Source: Candidatus Nomurabacteria bacterium CG1_02_43_90
Lineage (GTDB): Bacteria; Patescibacteriota; Minisyncoccia; Phycocordibacterales; UBA1550
Reading direction: 5' to 3'
Assembly: GCA_001871765.1 (NCBI GenBank)
Contig: MNVN01000010.1
Span: forward strand, 74-64,073
DNA length: 64,000 bases
Shown: positions 56,959 to 64,000 of the stretch, in pieces
Position numbering within the stretch: the first letter of the stretch is position 1
Layout: each line of letters begins with the position of its first letter
The notes under the pieces: model-generated
Told to the model about the DNA's origin: nothing
Databases searched by the model: none
What the model saw: only the letters and a program-made list of their open reading frames with translations
Position numbers and translations under genes: made by a program

Positions 56959-57015
56959 CACCAATACAAGAAAAGACCATCCTTTTTAAAATGATGGTCT
57001 TTTCTTGTATTGGTG
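56959..57015 (+). terminator. Perfect 23-bp-stem hairpin after fusA.
   Basis: caccaatacaagaaaagaccatc-ctttttaaaat-gatggtcttttcttgtattggtg. Confidence 0.55.
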
Positions 57016-57098
57016 CACTTCTGAGTGTGTCCGTGACCCGAATTCATGCTCCCTGCTGTTCTCACTTAGTGTTATCACACAAGAATAAAAATTCGCCC

Positions 57099-57126
57099 TT
57101 GACTATTCTTTCTGATTTGGTAGTAT
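57099..57126 (+). promoter_or_regulatory. Putative tuf promoter TTGACT-N16-TAGTAT.
   Basis: ccTTGACTattctttctgatttggTAGTATggg. Confidence 0.35.
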
Positions 57127-57254
57127 GGGGTTTGTATCGCGTACGCGGTACTTTTGTTTCTCTTTAATAGTTATTTCATTTAATTTTCTCTTGTAATAAA
57201 AGGCTCGTAAGGGTTTCTCGTGTATGAGCCTTTATTTACAAGAACACAAACATT

Positions 57255-58451
57255 ATGGCAACAGAAGCTTTCGATCGTTCCAAGCCACACGTCAACGTTG
57301 GTACTATTGGTCACGTTGACCACGGCAAGACTACTCTTACTGCAGCAATTCTTAACATTCTCCATATGGCGGGTAAGGATGTAAAAATGAAGTCAGTTGA
57401 TGATATTGACTCCGCTCCTGAAGAAAAGGCACGCGGTATTACAATTGCGCTTTCTCACAATGAGTACTCTACTGATGCGCGTCATTACGCACACATCGAT
57501 GCTCCAGGGCATGCTGACTACATTAAGAACATGATTACTGGTGCCGCACAAATGGACGGTGCTATCTTGGTAGTTGCTGCAACAGATGGTGTGATGCCCC
57601 AGACACGAGAGCACATCCTCCTCGCAAAGCAGATTGGTGTTCCAAAGATTATTATCTTCCTCAACAAGTGTGACATGGTTGATGATCCTGAAATGATCGA
57701 CATGGTGGAAGAAGAAGTTCGTGAGCTCCTTACGAAGTACGACTTCGACGGCAAGAATGCTCCTGTTATCCGTGGATCAGCCCTCAAGGCTCTTGAAGCA
57801 AAGTCAATTGAGGACGAATGGGCAAAGAAGATTCTCGACCTCGCTGATGCTCTTGACACCTATATCCCTGTTCCAGAGCGCGATGTTTCAAAAGCATTCC
57901 TTATGCCTGTTGAAGACGTGTTCTCTATTGAAGGACGCGGTACTGTAGTTACGGGTCGTATCGAACGTGGAGTTGTTAAGGTTGGAGAAGAAGTAGAAAT
58001 CGTTGGAATCAAAGATACGGTAAAGACAACTGTTACCGGTATTGAAATGTTCAACAAGTCTCTTCAAGAGGGAATGGCAGGAGACAATGCCGGCATCCTT
58101 ATCCGTGGTATCAAGAAAGACGATATTACCCGCGGTCAGGTTATCTGCAAACCAGGTTCAGTTACCCCTCATACTGAGTTTGAGACTGAAGTGTACATTC
58201 TTACAAAAGAAGAAGGTGGACGTCACACACCATTCTTCAATGGATACAAACCTCAGTTTTACATTCGTACAACTGATGTAACCGGTGATGCAACATTACC
58301 TGCTGGTACCGAAATGGTTATGCCAGGAGATACCGTGAAGCTTACGGTAAAACTCATTGTGCCTGTAGCACTTGAGGCAGAACAGCGTTTCGCTATACGT
58401 GAAGGTGGACGTACCGTAGGTGCGGGTGTGGTAACAAAGATTATCGCATAG
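57255..58451 (+). CDS. tuf: Elongation factor Tu.
   Basis: [14 protein letters not shown]...DAPGHADY...NKCD. Confidence 0.95.
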   Translation: MATEAFDRSKPHVNVGTIGHVDHGKTTLTAAILNILHMAGKDVKMKSVDDIDSAPEEKARGITIALSHNEYSTDARHYAHIDAPGHADYIKNMITGAAQMDGAILVVAATDGVMPQTREHILLAKQIGVPKIIIFLNKCDMVDDPEMIDMVEEEVRELLTKYDFDGKNAPVIRGSALKALEAKSIEDEWAKKILDLADALDTYIPVPERDVSKAFLMPVEDVFSIEGRGTVVTGRIERGVVKVGEEVEIVGIKDTVKTTVTGIEMFNKSLQEGMAGDNAGILIRGIKKDDITRGQVICKPGSVTPHTEFETEVYILTKEEGGRHTPFFNGYKPQFYIRTTDVTGDATLPAGTEMVMPGDTVKLTVKLIVPVALEAEQRFAIREGGRTVGAGVVTKIIA

Positions 58452-58527
58452 TAAGTTAGTAACGTTTATAAAGTTCATAAAGTACAACATAAAATTTCGT
58501 TCTTTATAAACTTTCAACTCAAGCACT

Positions 58528-58875
58528 ATGACAAAAGCAATCACAAAAAAAACTACGGACAAAGAAGTAACCCACAAACTTCGCATTCGTGTACGTGCCT
58601 ACGAAAACAAGGTTCTCGATAATTCGGTAAAACAAATTATTGATACCGCACTTCGTTACGACGCTGAGGTTATGGGGCCAACACCACTTCCTACAGAGTT
58701 TAAGAAATATACCGTTTTGCGTTCGACCTTCATTTATAAAAATGCTCGCGAGCAGTTTGAGATGAGGGTGCATAAACGCTTGATTGATATTTTGAATCCA
58801 AGTGCGAAGGTTATTGAAGCACTTACCAACCTCAGTCTTCCTTCAGGTGTGAACATTGACGTGAAAATGATGTAA
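58528..58875 (+). CDS. rpsJ: 30S ribosomal protein S10 (with ~16-aa N-terminal extension).
   Basis: KLRIRVRAYENKVLD...GPTPLPT...FEMRVHKRLIDI. Confidence 0.9.
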   Translation: MTKAITKKTTDKEVTHKLRIRVRAYENKVLDNSVKQIIDTALRYDAEVMGPTPLPTEFKKYTVLRSTFIYKNAREQFEMRVHKRLIDILNPSAKVIEALTNLSLPSGVNIDVKMM

Positions 58876-58910
58876 ATTAAGGAGTGTAATCACGACTATA
58901 ATTTACGAAA

Positions 58911-58964
58911 CCCGTCTTCTGTCTTGAGCTCTTGGAGAATCGAGCGTTCAAGACAGAAGACGGG
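58911..58964 (+). promoter_or_regulatory. Strong hairpin (17-bp perfect stem, 20-nt loop with nested 4-bp stem), 36 nt after rpsJ. No U-run follows.
   Basis: cccgtcttctgtcttga-gctcttggagaatcgagcgt-tcaagacagaagacggg. Confidence 0.4.
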
Positions 58965-59176
58965 GGATGTGAACCAAGCTGATTCTGAATTAGCAAATTC
59001 ACGCCTTGGGCGAAGGCTCGGCCATGAACTTAGAAAATAGCGCCTACGAAGTAGGCACACTAAGAGTTTATTAGCTAAAAAATTCCAACAACCCCTCCTT
59101 AGAGAGTATGGTTGCAATGGTTCTTATGAGGAGACAAGAGAAGATTACTCCTGTCTCTCGTAAGATATATATCGTT

Positions 59177-59794
59177 ATGAAATTTATTCTCGGGAAAAAA
59201 GAAAGTATGGTGTCTTTCGTCGGCAACGACGGGATTGCAACTGCTGCAACGCTTCTTTCTGTTGGTCCAGTATCTATTACGCAAGTGAAGTCAAAAGCGC
59301 AAGATGGGTACGAGGCTATTCAGATGGGGTTTGGCACACGTGCTGCAAAAAACATCTCAAAAGCTGTGCAGGGTCACACAAAAGATATTGGATTGTTTTC
59401 AGTAATTCGTGAATTCCGTGTTGACGATACAAGCGCATGGAAAAAGGGAGATGTTATTGATGCCTCAAGCTTTGAGATGGGGGATGAAATCACCATCTCA
59501 GGAACTTCAAAGGGGAAAGGTTTTCAAGGTGTGGTAAAGCGCCATGGTTTTCATGGAGGACGCCGTTCTCACGGACAAAAGCACTCTGAGCGTGAACCAG
59601 GTTCTATTGGTTCAACAGGTCAGCAAAAGATTTCCAAAGGTCGTCGTATGGCAGGGCGTATGGGCGGAGACCGTATTACCGTAAAAGGGTTACGTGTACT
59701 CGGTGTCGATACTACCAATGGGAAGATCCTTGTATCAGGCTGTGTTCCAGGAGTAAAGGGAGCACTTTTAGAGATAAAGGCGCAGAATAAATAA
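59177..59794 (+). CDS. rplC: 50S ribosomal protein L3.
   Basis: MKFILGKKESM...TSKGKGFQGVVKRHGF. The ORF opens at 59108. The L3 alignment begins at ATG 59177. Confidence 0.9.
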   Translation: MKFILGKKESMVSFVGNDGIATAATLLSVGPVSITQVKSKAQDGYEAIQMGFGTRAAKNISKAVQGHTKDIGLFSVIREFRVDDTSAWKKGDVIDASSFEMGDEITISGTSKGKGFQGVVKRHGFHGGRRSHGQKHSEREPGSIGSTGQQKISKGRRMAGRMGGDRITVKGLRVLGVDTTNGKILVSGCVPGVKGALLEIKAQNK

Positions 59795-59796
59795 TC

Positions 59797-60486
59797 TTGA
59801 CTACTATGGAAGCAACTATATACAACTCAAAAGGAAAAGAATCAGGAAAAATAAATTTAAACGAAAAAGTTTGGGGTCTTTCGTGGAACGCCGATCTTGT
59901 ACATCAGGTTGTTGAATCGATGCGCTCAAACGCACGCATGTCAACAGCTCAGGCAAAGGATCGTAGTGCTGTCTCTGGTGGTGGTAAAAAGCCATGGGCA
60001 CAAAAAGGTACAGGGCGCTCACGCCACGGTTCCTCACGATCACCAATTTGGCGTCACGGTGGAGTTACGCACGGCCCAATGAATGAGAAGGACTATTCAA
60101 AGAAGATTAATAAAAAAGTACGTGCAAAAGCACTCTACACCGTACTTTCTGAAAAATTCCGTAATAATGAAGTTCTTTTTATTGATGAAATTTCAATGAA
60201 AGCACCTAAGACGACAGAAGCAAAAGGTATCATTTTGGCACTTTCAGGAGTAAAAGGTTTTGAAAAAATGCTCACAAAGAAACGCAATGCTGCTTATTTT
60301 GCAACTGCAGAAAAATCAGAGGTGGTAAGCAAGAGTTTTTCAAATTTTGGGAATATTGATTTCGACGCTGTTGAGAACATGAACCCTATTGATCTTTTAA
60401 ATCACAAATATGTGGTTATTGTAAGCCCCGAGAAAGCCATCAGTTTTATCGAAGGTAAACTCGCTGTTGCAACTTCTGCTAAATAA
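59797..60486 (+). CDS. rplD: 50S ribosomal protein L4.
   Basis: ...GGGKKPWAQKGTGRSRHGS... Confidence 0.9.
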   Translation: MTTMEATIYNSKGKESGKINLNEKVWGLSWNADLVHQVVESMRSNARMSTAQAKDRSAVSGGGKKPWAQKGTGRSRHGSSRSPIWRHGGVTHGPMNEKDYSKKINKKVRAKALYTVLSEKFRNNEVLFIDEISMKAPKTTEAKGIILALSGVKGFEKMLTKKRNAAYFATAEKSEVVSKSFSNFGNIDFDAVENMNPIDLLNHKYVVIVSPEKAISFIEGKLAVATSAK

Positions 60487-60497
60487 TCCCTACTATC

Positions 60498-60854
60498 ATG
60501 GCTATTTTCAAAAAAACAACAAAAGAAGTTAAGGAACAGAAACCTGCTTCGAAACAAAAGAAGACTGAGATCGGTCTTGGAGAACGCGTGAATGTTCTCG
60601 TACGTCCGCACATTACCGAGAAAGCTGCTATTCTTGCAGAAAAGGGTACCTATGTATTTGAGGTTGCGCGTACTACAAATAAGATTGAAATTGCAAAGGC
60701 AATAGAAGCTCTTTACAAGGTAGTTCCGGTCAGAGTGAACATTATAAACCTACCTAATACTCGTGTGTTTGTGCGCGGAAAGAATGGTGTAAAGGCAGGT
60801 GTCCGTAAGGCGTTGGTCACGCTTAAGTCGGGGGATAAGATCGAAATTGTATAA
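60498..60854 (+). CDS. rplW: 50S ribosomal protein L23 (K-rich N-terminal extension).
   Basis: ...RPHITEKA...YVFEVARTTNKIEIAKAIE... Confidence 0.85.
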   Translation: MAIFKKTTKEVKEQKPASKQKKTEIGLGERVNVLVRPHITEKAAILAEKGTYVFEVARTTNKIEIAKAIEALYKVVPVRVNIINLPNTRVFVRGKNGVKAGVRKALVTLKSGDKIEIV

Positions 60855-60862
60855 AAATTATC

Positions 60863-61702
60863 ATGAAAAAGTTTAAACCAACAACACCATCAAATCGTCA
60901 GACAGCCATTGTTTCGTATCGTGGTGTATTGACAGCTACTGAGCCACACAAGGCTTTGACAACGGGGTTCAAGCGCGGAACAGGGCGCAATGCTTTTGGC
61001 CGTATCACGACACGCCATAAGGGTGGTGGACACAAGCGTTCATATCGCGAAATTGATTTTCGTCTCGAAAAAATAGGCATTCCTGCAAAAATTGAAACGA
61101 TTGAGTATGACCCAAATCGCTCAGGCTTTATTGGTCTTATTTGCTTTGCCGACGGAGAACGTCGTTACAACCTGCTCCCTCAAGGACTCAAAGTTGGAGA
61201 TAAAGTTATTACCGCAGAAGATGCTCCTCTTAAGCCAGGCAACCGAACAATCCTTAAGAAAGTTCCTGTAGGTACCTTTGTATTTAATATTGAATTACAG
61301 CCAAATGGTGGTGCGCGTATTGCACGCTCAGCAGGGAACTATGCTGAAGTTGTCGCAAACAATGCAGGACAAAGTCACCTCAAGATGCCTTCAGGTGAAA
61401 TTCGAAAAGTTTCTGAGAACGTATGGGCATCTATTGGTGCGGTTTCTAACGAAGAATACAAGCTTCGTAATATCGGCAAGGCAGGACGTAATCGTTGGCT
61501 CGGTATCCGCCCTACGGTACGTGGTAGTGCAATGAACCCTGTTGATCATCCTTACGGTGGAGGTGAAGGACATCAAGGTCGCGGTACAAAGCGCCCAAAG
61601 ACAAAGTACGGTAAAGTTACCGGTGGTCGCAAGACACGTTCGCCAAAGAAGTACTCAAACAATCTCATTGTTGCTCGTCGCAAGACCAAGCGTTCGAAAT
61701 AA
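60863..61702 (+). CDS. rplB: 50S ribosomal protein L2.
   Basis: ...GGGHKRSYR...RNRWLGIRPTVRGSAMNPVDHPYGGGEG. Confidence 0.95.
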   Translation: MKKFKPTTPSNRQTAIVSYRGVLTATEPHKALTTGFKRGTGRNAFGRITTRHKGGGHKRSYREIDFRLEKIGIPAKIETIEYDPNRSGFIGLICFADGERRYNLLPQGLKVGDKVITAEDAPLKPGNRTILKKVPVGTFVFNIELQPNGGARIARSAGNYAEVVANNAGQSHLKMPSGEIRKVSENVWASIGAVSNEEYKLRNIGKAGRNRWLGIRPTVRGSAMNPVDHPYGGGEGHQGRGTKRPKTKYGKVTGGRKTRSPKKYSNNLIVARRKTKRSK

Positions 61703-61715
61703 CACTCCATAATAA

Positions 61716-61750
61716 AAACCCGCAACCAAGGTTGCGGGTTTTTATTATGG
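61716..61750 (+). terminator. Intrinsic terminator immediately after rplB.
   Basis: aaaaacccgcaaccaaggttgcgggttttta. Confidence 0.6.
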
Positions 61751-61845
61751 AGTGTTATCCACAGTTCTTCTTGTTTTGGTATTCATGCATATGATATACT
61801 TTAAATTAGATTATTGAAGTCAAGTTACTTAATTTTTAATTATTT

Positions 61846-62436
61846 ATGGATCAACAACCACGTATTTGTCCCACGCACACCTTTGAGTACATTGGCATGT
61901 TTGTTATAGGTGTCCTTATTGGCTCTGGTATTTCTTTTGTATATTTCAATCAGTCTTCCTCAAGAGAAGGAGACAGTGCATACCAAGCAGGATTTGACGC
62001 AGCTAAAAAACGTGTTGAAGATAGTAGTTTTGGTGCAATAATGCGTACCCCTGATGAAATCAAAGTTTTGTCGGGTACGGTAACAAAGGTTAATGGAAAC
62101 AAGGTTGATTTCCATATACAGTCTACGCGTCCTTTTGACGAACCAACACTTGATAATAGAACCATCACTATTGTGGCAGAAACAAAAATCTCAAAGCTCA
62201 TCCAAAAAGACCAAAAAGTATTTCAATCTGAAATGGAGACATTTATAAAGAGCTCTCAAATAAAGGAAGGGGCAACGCTTGCCACCCCTCCAGAACCATT
62301 TTCGTACGCTCCTGCCCTCCTTGCAGATATTACGGTTGGGGACGTGCTTACGGTGATCGCAGAGGAGAATATAAAAACAAAAAAGGAATTTACCGCAACA
62401 GATATTCAAATACAGCCGAAGCCCATTAATAATTAA
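61846..62436 (+). CDS. Hypothetical N-terminally membrane-anchored protein.
   Basis: TM segment MFVIGVLIGSGISFVYF. No family recognised. Confidence 0.5.
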   Translation: MDQQPRICPTHTFEYIGMFVIGVLIGSGISFVYFNQSSSREGDSAYQAGFDAAKKRVEDSSFGAIMRTPDEIKVLSGTVTKVNGNKVDFHIQSTRPFDEPTLDNRTITIVAETKISKLIQKDQKVFQSEMETFIKSSQIKEGATLATPPEPFSYAPALLADITVGDVLTVIAEENIKTKKEFTATDIQIQPKPINN

Positions 62437-62441
62437 TTATC

Positions 62442-63080
62442 ATGAACATGACCAAACAAATTATTTCGGCACTAAAAGTTATTTCTCTCTCACTCATTCT
62501 TGCCTTTGGGGTTTCTTACGTATCTGCATGGACAGCCCCAACGGTAACTCCTCCTGGAGGGAACGTGGCACAACCTATTAACGTAAGTAGTGCTCCGCAA
62601 ACAAAAACAGGGAGTCTTACTACAGGGAGTCTTACTACAGGGAGGCTAACCTTGATAGGAGATGCATATGCTACTTCTAAGGTTTATTTTAAGAGTAGTA
62701 TTGGTGGGCCAAACGCAGGTGCACTTGTAATGACCACTGGTTTTTCGGGGTTCTCTAATACAGCAGACAACAACTACCGCATGTATGTCACTGACACGAC
62801 GACGCCGAAGGCTTCGGGGTTCGGTAATGTAGTTGCTAATGATTACTATATTGCGAAGACAGGAGAATGGGCGAGCCAGATGGGTGGTAGTGCAGGTGGC
62901 TATGGGTATACTACAAGTGGGTATACTGGACGACTAAGTACGATATGTACATCCCCAAACCCAAAAACAGGCAAATGTAATTGTCCTACCGGTAGCACCT
63001 CTATTTCTATGGGAGTAAGGAATATTTTTGTTGTATCTTGGTACAGTTCCATATATTACTCGGTACTGTGCGTTTATTAA
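62442..63080 (+). CDS. Hypothetical secreted Gly/Thr/Ser-rich protein with a 15-bp x3 tandem repeat (GSLTT).
   Basis: Signal/TM at the N-terminus. Tandem repeat acagggagtcttact at ~62605-62650. Confidence 0.5.
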   Translation: MNMTKQIISALKVISLSLILAFGVSYVSAWTAPTVTPPGGNVAQPINVSSAPQTKTGSLTTGSLTTGRLTLIGDAYATSKVYFKSSIGGPNAGALVMTTGFSGFSNTADNNYRMYVTDTTTPKASGFGNVVANDYYIAKTGEWASQMGGSAGGYGYTTSGYTGRLSTICTSPNPKTGKCNCPTGSTSISMGVRNIFVVSWYSSIYYSVLCVY

Positions 63081-63104
63081 AAAATAATTAAACGCATCAA
63101 TAAT

Positions 63105-63407
63105 ATGATTCAAGAATCAGCAAATTTAAACAAAGCAGCATCGGTCGCAGGGGTGTATACTCCTGAGGCTCTTGCAATAAAATTGAAAGCACTCTCTATC
63201 GGTGACAAAGCACTCGTAGATGAACTCCTGAACTCTGATGGACAGCCAACTCTTTCAGACATGATGAGCAACGAAGACCATTTGGCATCCCTCGATGAAG
63301 AAAAAATAAAACAAGTATCTTCATTAATTGGGGACATGAGAATGTATGCCTATGATAAAGAGAGAAAAGAAATAGCCAAAAAAATAGTTGAACTCCTCTG
63401 TCAATAA
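63105..63407 (+). CDS. Hypothetical small protein.
   Basis: ORF only. Confidence 0.4.
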   Translation: MIQESANLNKAASVAGVYTPEALAIKLKALSIGDKALVDELLNSDGQPTLSDMMSNEDHLASLDEEKIKQVSSLIGDMRMYAYDKERKEIAKKIVELLCQ

Positions 63408-63427
63408 AGAGAATTAACGTCTTTTTT

Positions 63428-64000
63428 ATGAAAATATTCCCCCTCCATTCTATCCCTAAAATAACTCCACTTCTTTTAGTTTTAATACTTGCGTACATGG
63501 CTTATTTTGTGAACCCGAATTATTTCAGGGCGTTACTCGCAGAAGCAGGAACGAGTGAAAATGTTTCAGGATATGCATGGGGGGAGAATCTTGGATGGGT
63601 GAGTTTTAACAGTACGAATGATGGGTCGCCTGTTTCCTATGGGGTAAATATCGACCCCACGAATAGAGCAACTGGCGGAACGGGCAATTTTTCCGGATAT
63701 GCATGGAGTGAAAATATTGGCTGGATAAGTTTCAATCGTGTAGATACGGGAACTCCACCCGCGCCTCCTTTCAATGGTGCTACTGGTCCTATTGCACAAG
63801 TAGATTGGTCTACAGGAAAGGTTACCGGCTGGGCACGTGCAATTTCCGGAACATGGGGTGTGGGCTGGGATGGTTGGATTAAGCTTTCTGACGATAGTAT
63901 TCCCTTATGGAATGGAAGTGGGGTAAAGATCTCGGGTAATAATTTTTCGGGATTTGCATGGGGCGGTGCAGATGGTATTGGAATTGCTGGTGTTGTGGGG
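63428..64000 (+). CDS. Secreted repeat protein (3' end outside window) with a recurring G(Y/F)AW(G/S)ENxGW(I/V)SFN motif.
   Basis: Open frame from ATG 63428 to the window end with no stop. Absent from the supplied ORF track because it has no stop in the window. N-terminal hydrophobic segment. Motif copies at GYAWGENLGWVSFN, GYAWSENIGWISFN and GFAWGGADGIG. Confidence 0.55.
   Translation, partial: MKIFPLHSIPKITPLLLVLILAYMAYFVNPNYFRALLAEAGTSENVSGYAWGENLGWVSFNSTNDGSPVSYGVNIDPTNRATGGTGNFSGYAWSENIGWISFNRVDTGTPPAPPFNGATGPIAQVDWSTGKVTGWARAISGTWGVGWDGWIKLSDDSIPLWNGSGVKISGNNFSGFAWGGADGIGIAGVVG

Noticed and set aside
63196-63799. Minus-strand ORFs 63196-63498 and 63566-63799.
   Set aside because: They are antisense to the coherent plus-strand genes (63105-63407 and the repeat protein from 63428) and have implausible composition.
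1-64000. CRISPR arrays, diversity-generating retroelements, retrons, integrases and transposases.
   Set aside because: No regularly spaced short direct repeats and no ORF with reverse-transcriptase (YxDD), integrase (other than the housekeeping-type Xer) or transposase motifs were seen on either strand.

Overview
This 64 kb window comes from a gene-dense, AT-rich genome with short intergenic spacers. The mix of dockerin-bearing surface proteins, type IV pili, ComEC and toxin-antitoxin modules alongside core information-processing genes suggests a CPR/Patescibacteria-like organism; that is an inference from gene content, not a database match.

The confident content falls into these groups:
- Translation: rpsO, rpmB, rpsL-rpsG-fusA-tuf, and rpsJ-rplC-rplD-rplW-rplB.
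- DNA and RNA metabolism: ksgA, uvrD/pcrA-like helicase, comM/yifB, xerC/D-like recombinase, xth, cca, recJ, rnhA, rny, hup, nusA, rsmE and a yraN-like gene.
- Proteolysis, folding and central metabolism: clpP, tig, ppa, tpiA and pgk.
- Type IV pilus cluster: pilB, pilC, three pseudopilins and a large minor pilin.
- Split competence apparatus: a ComEC channel/competence gene and a separate MBL-domain gene.
- Two-component system: a sensor histidine kinase with a double-receiver response regulator.
- Five tRNAs: Arg-TCG, Gly-GCC, Pro-TGG, Arg-CCG and Gly-TCC.
- Toxin-antitoxin modules: a ParD/RelE-like pair and an orphan DinJ-like antitoxin.

I could find no rRNA, CRISPR array, integrase, transposase or reverse transcriptase.

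The observations I think most deserve a second look are:
- a family of unusually long perfect palindromic hairpins at gene boundaries, one of them (64 nt) sitting in a divergent promoter;
- a 25-bp direct repeat pair bracketing a 3 kb tRNA/YraN/CDF island, plus a duplicated tRNA-Pro T-arm;
- three GC-rich, ORF-poor segments that look like structured ncRNA candidates;
- recurring extended -10 promoters placed 6-9 nt from ATG, implying leaderless mRNAs, and a shared TTGCAT-N17-TAGAGT promoter for rpsO and rpsL;
- ComEC split into two genes, and RNase HI with a C-terminal hybrid-binding domain;
- the S10 ribosomal operon ending after rplB and being followed by a cassette of secreted/repeat proteins;
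- an unknown gene with a long structured leader inserted between tpiA and pgk.

I have no tools, so every coordinate is hand-counted and every family assignment rests on motif recognition.
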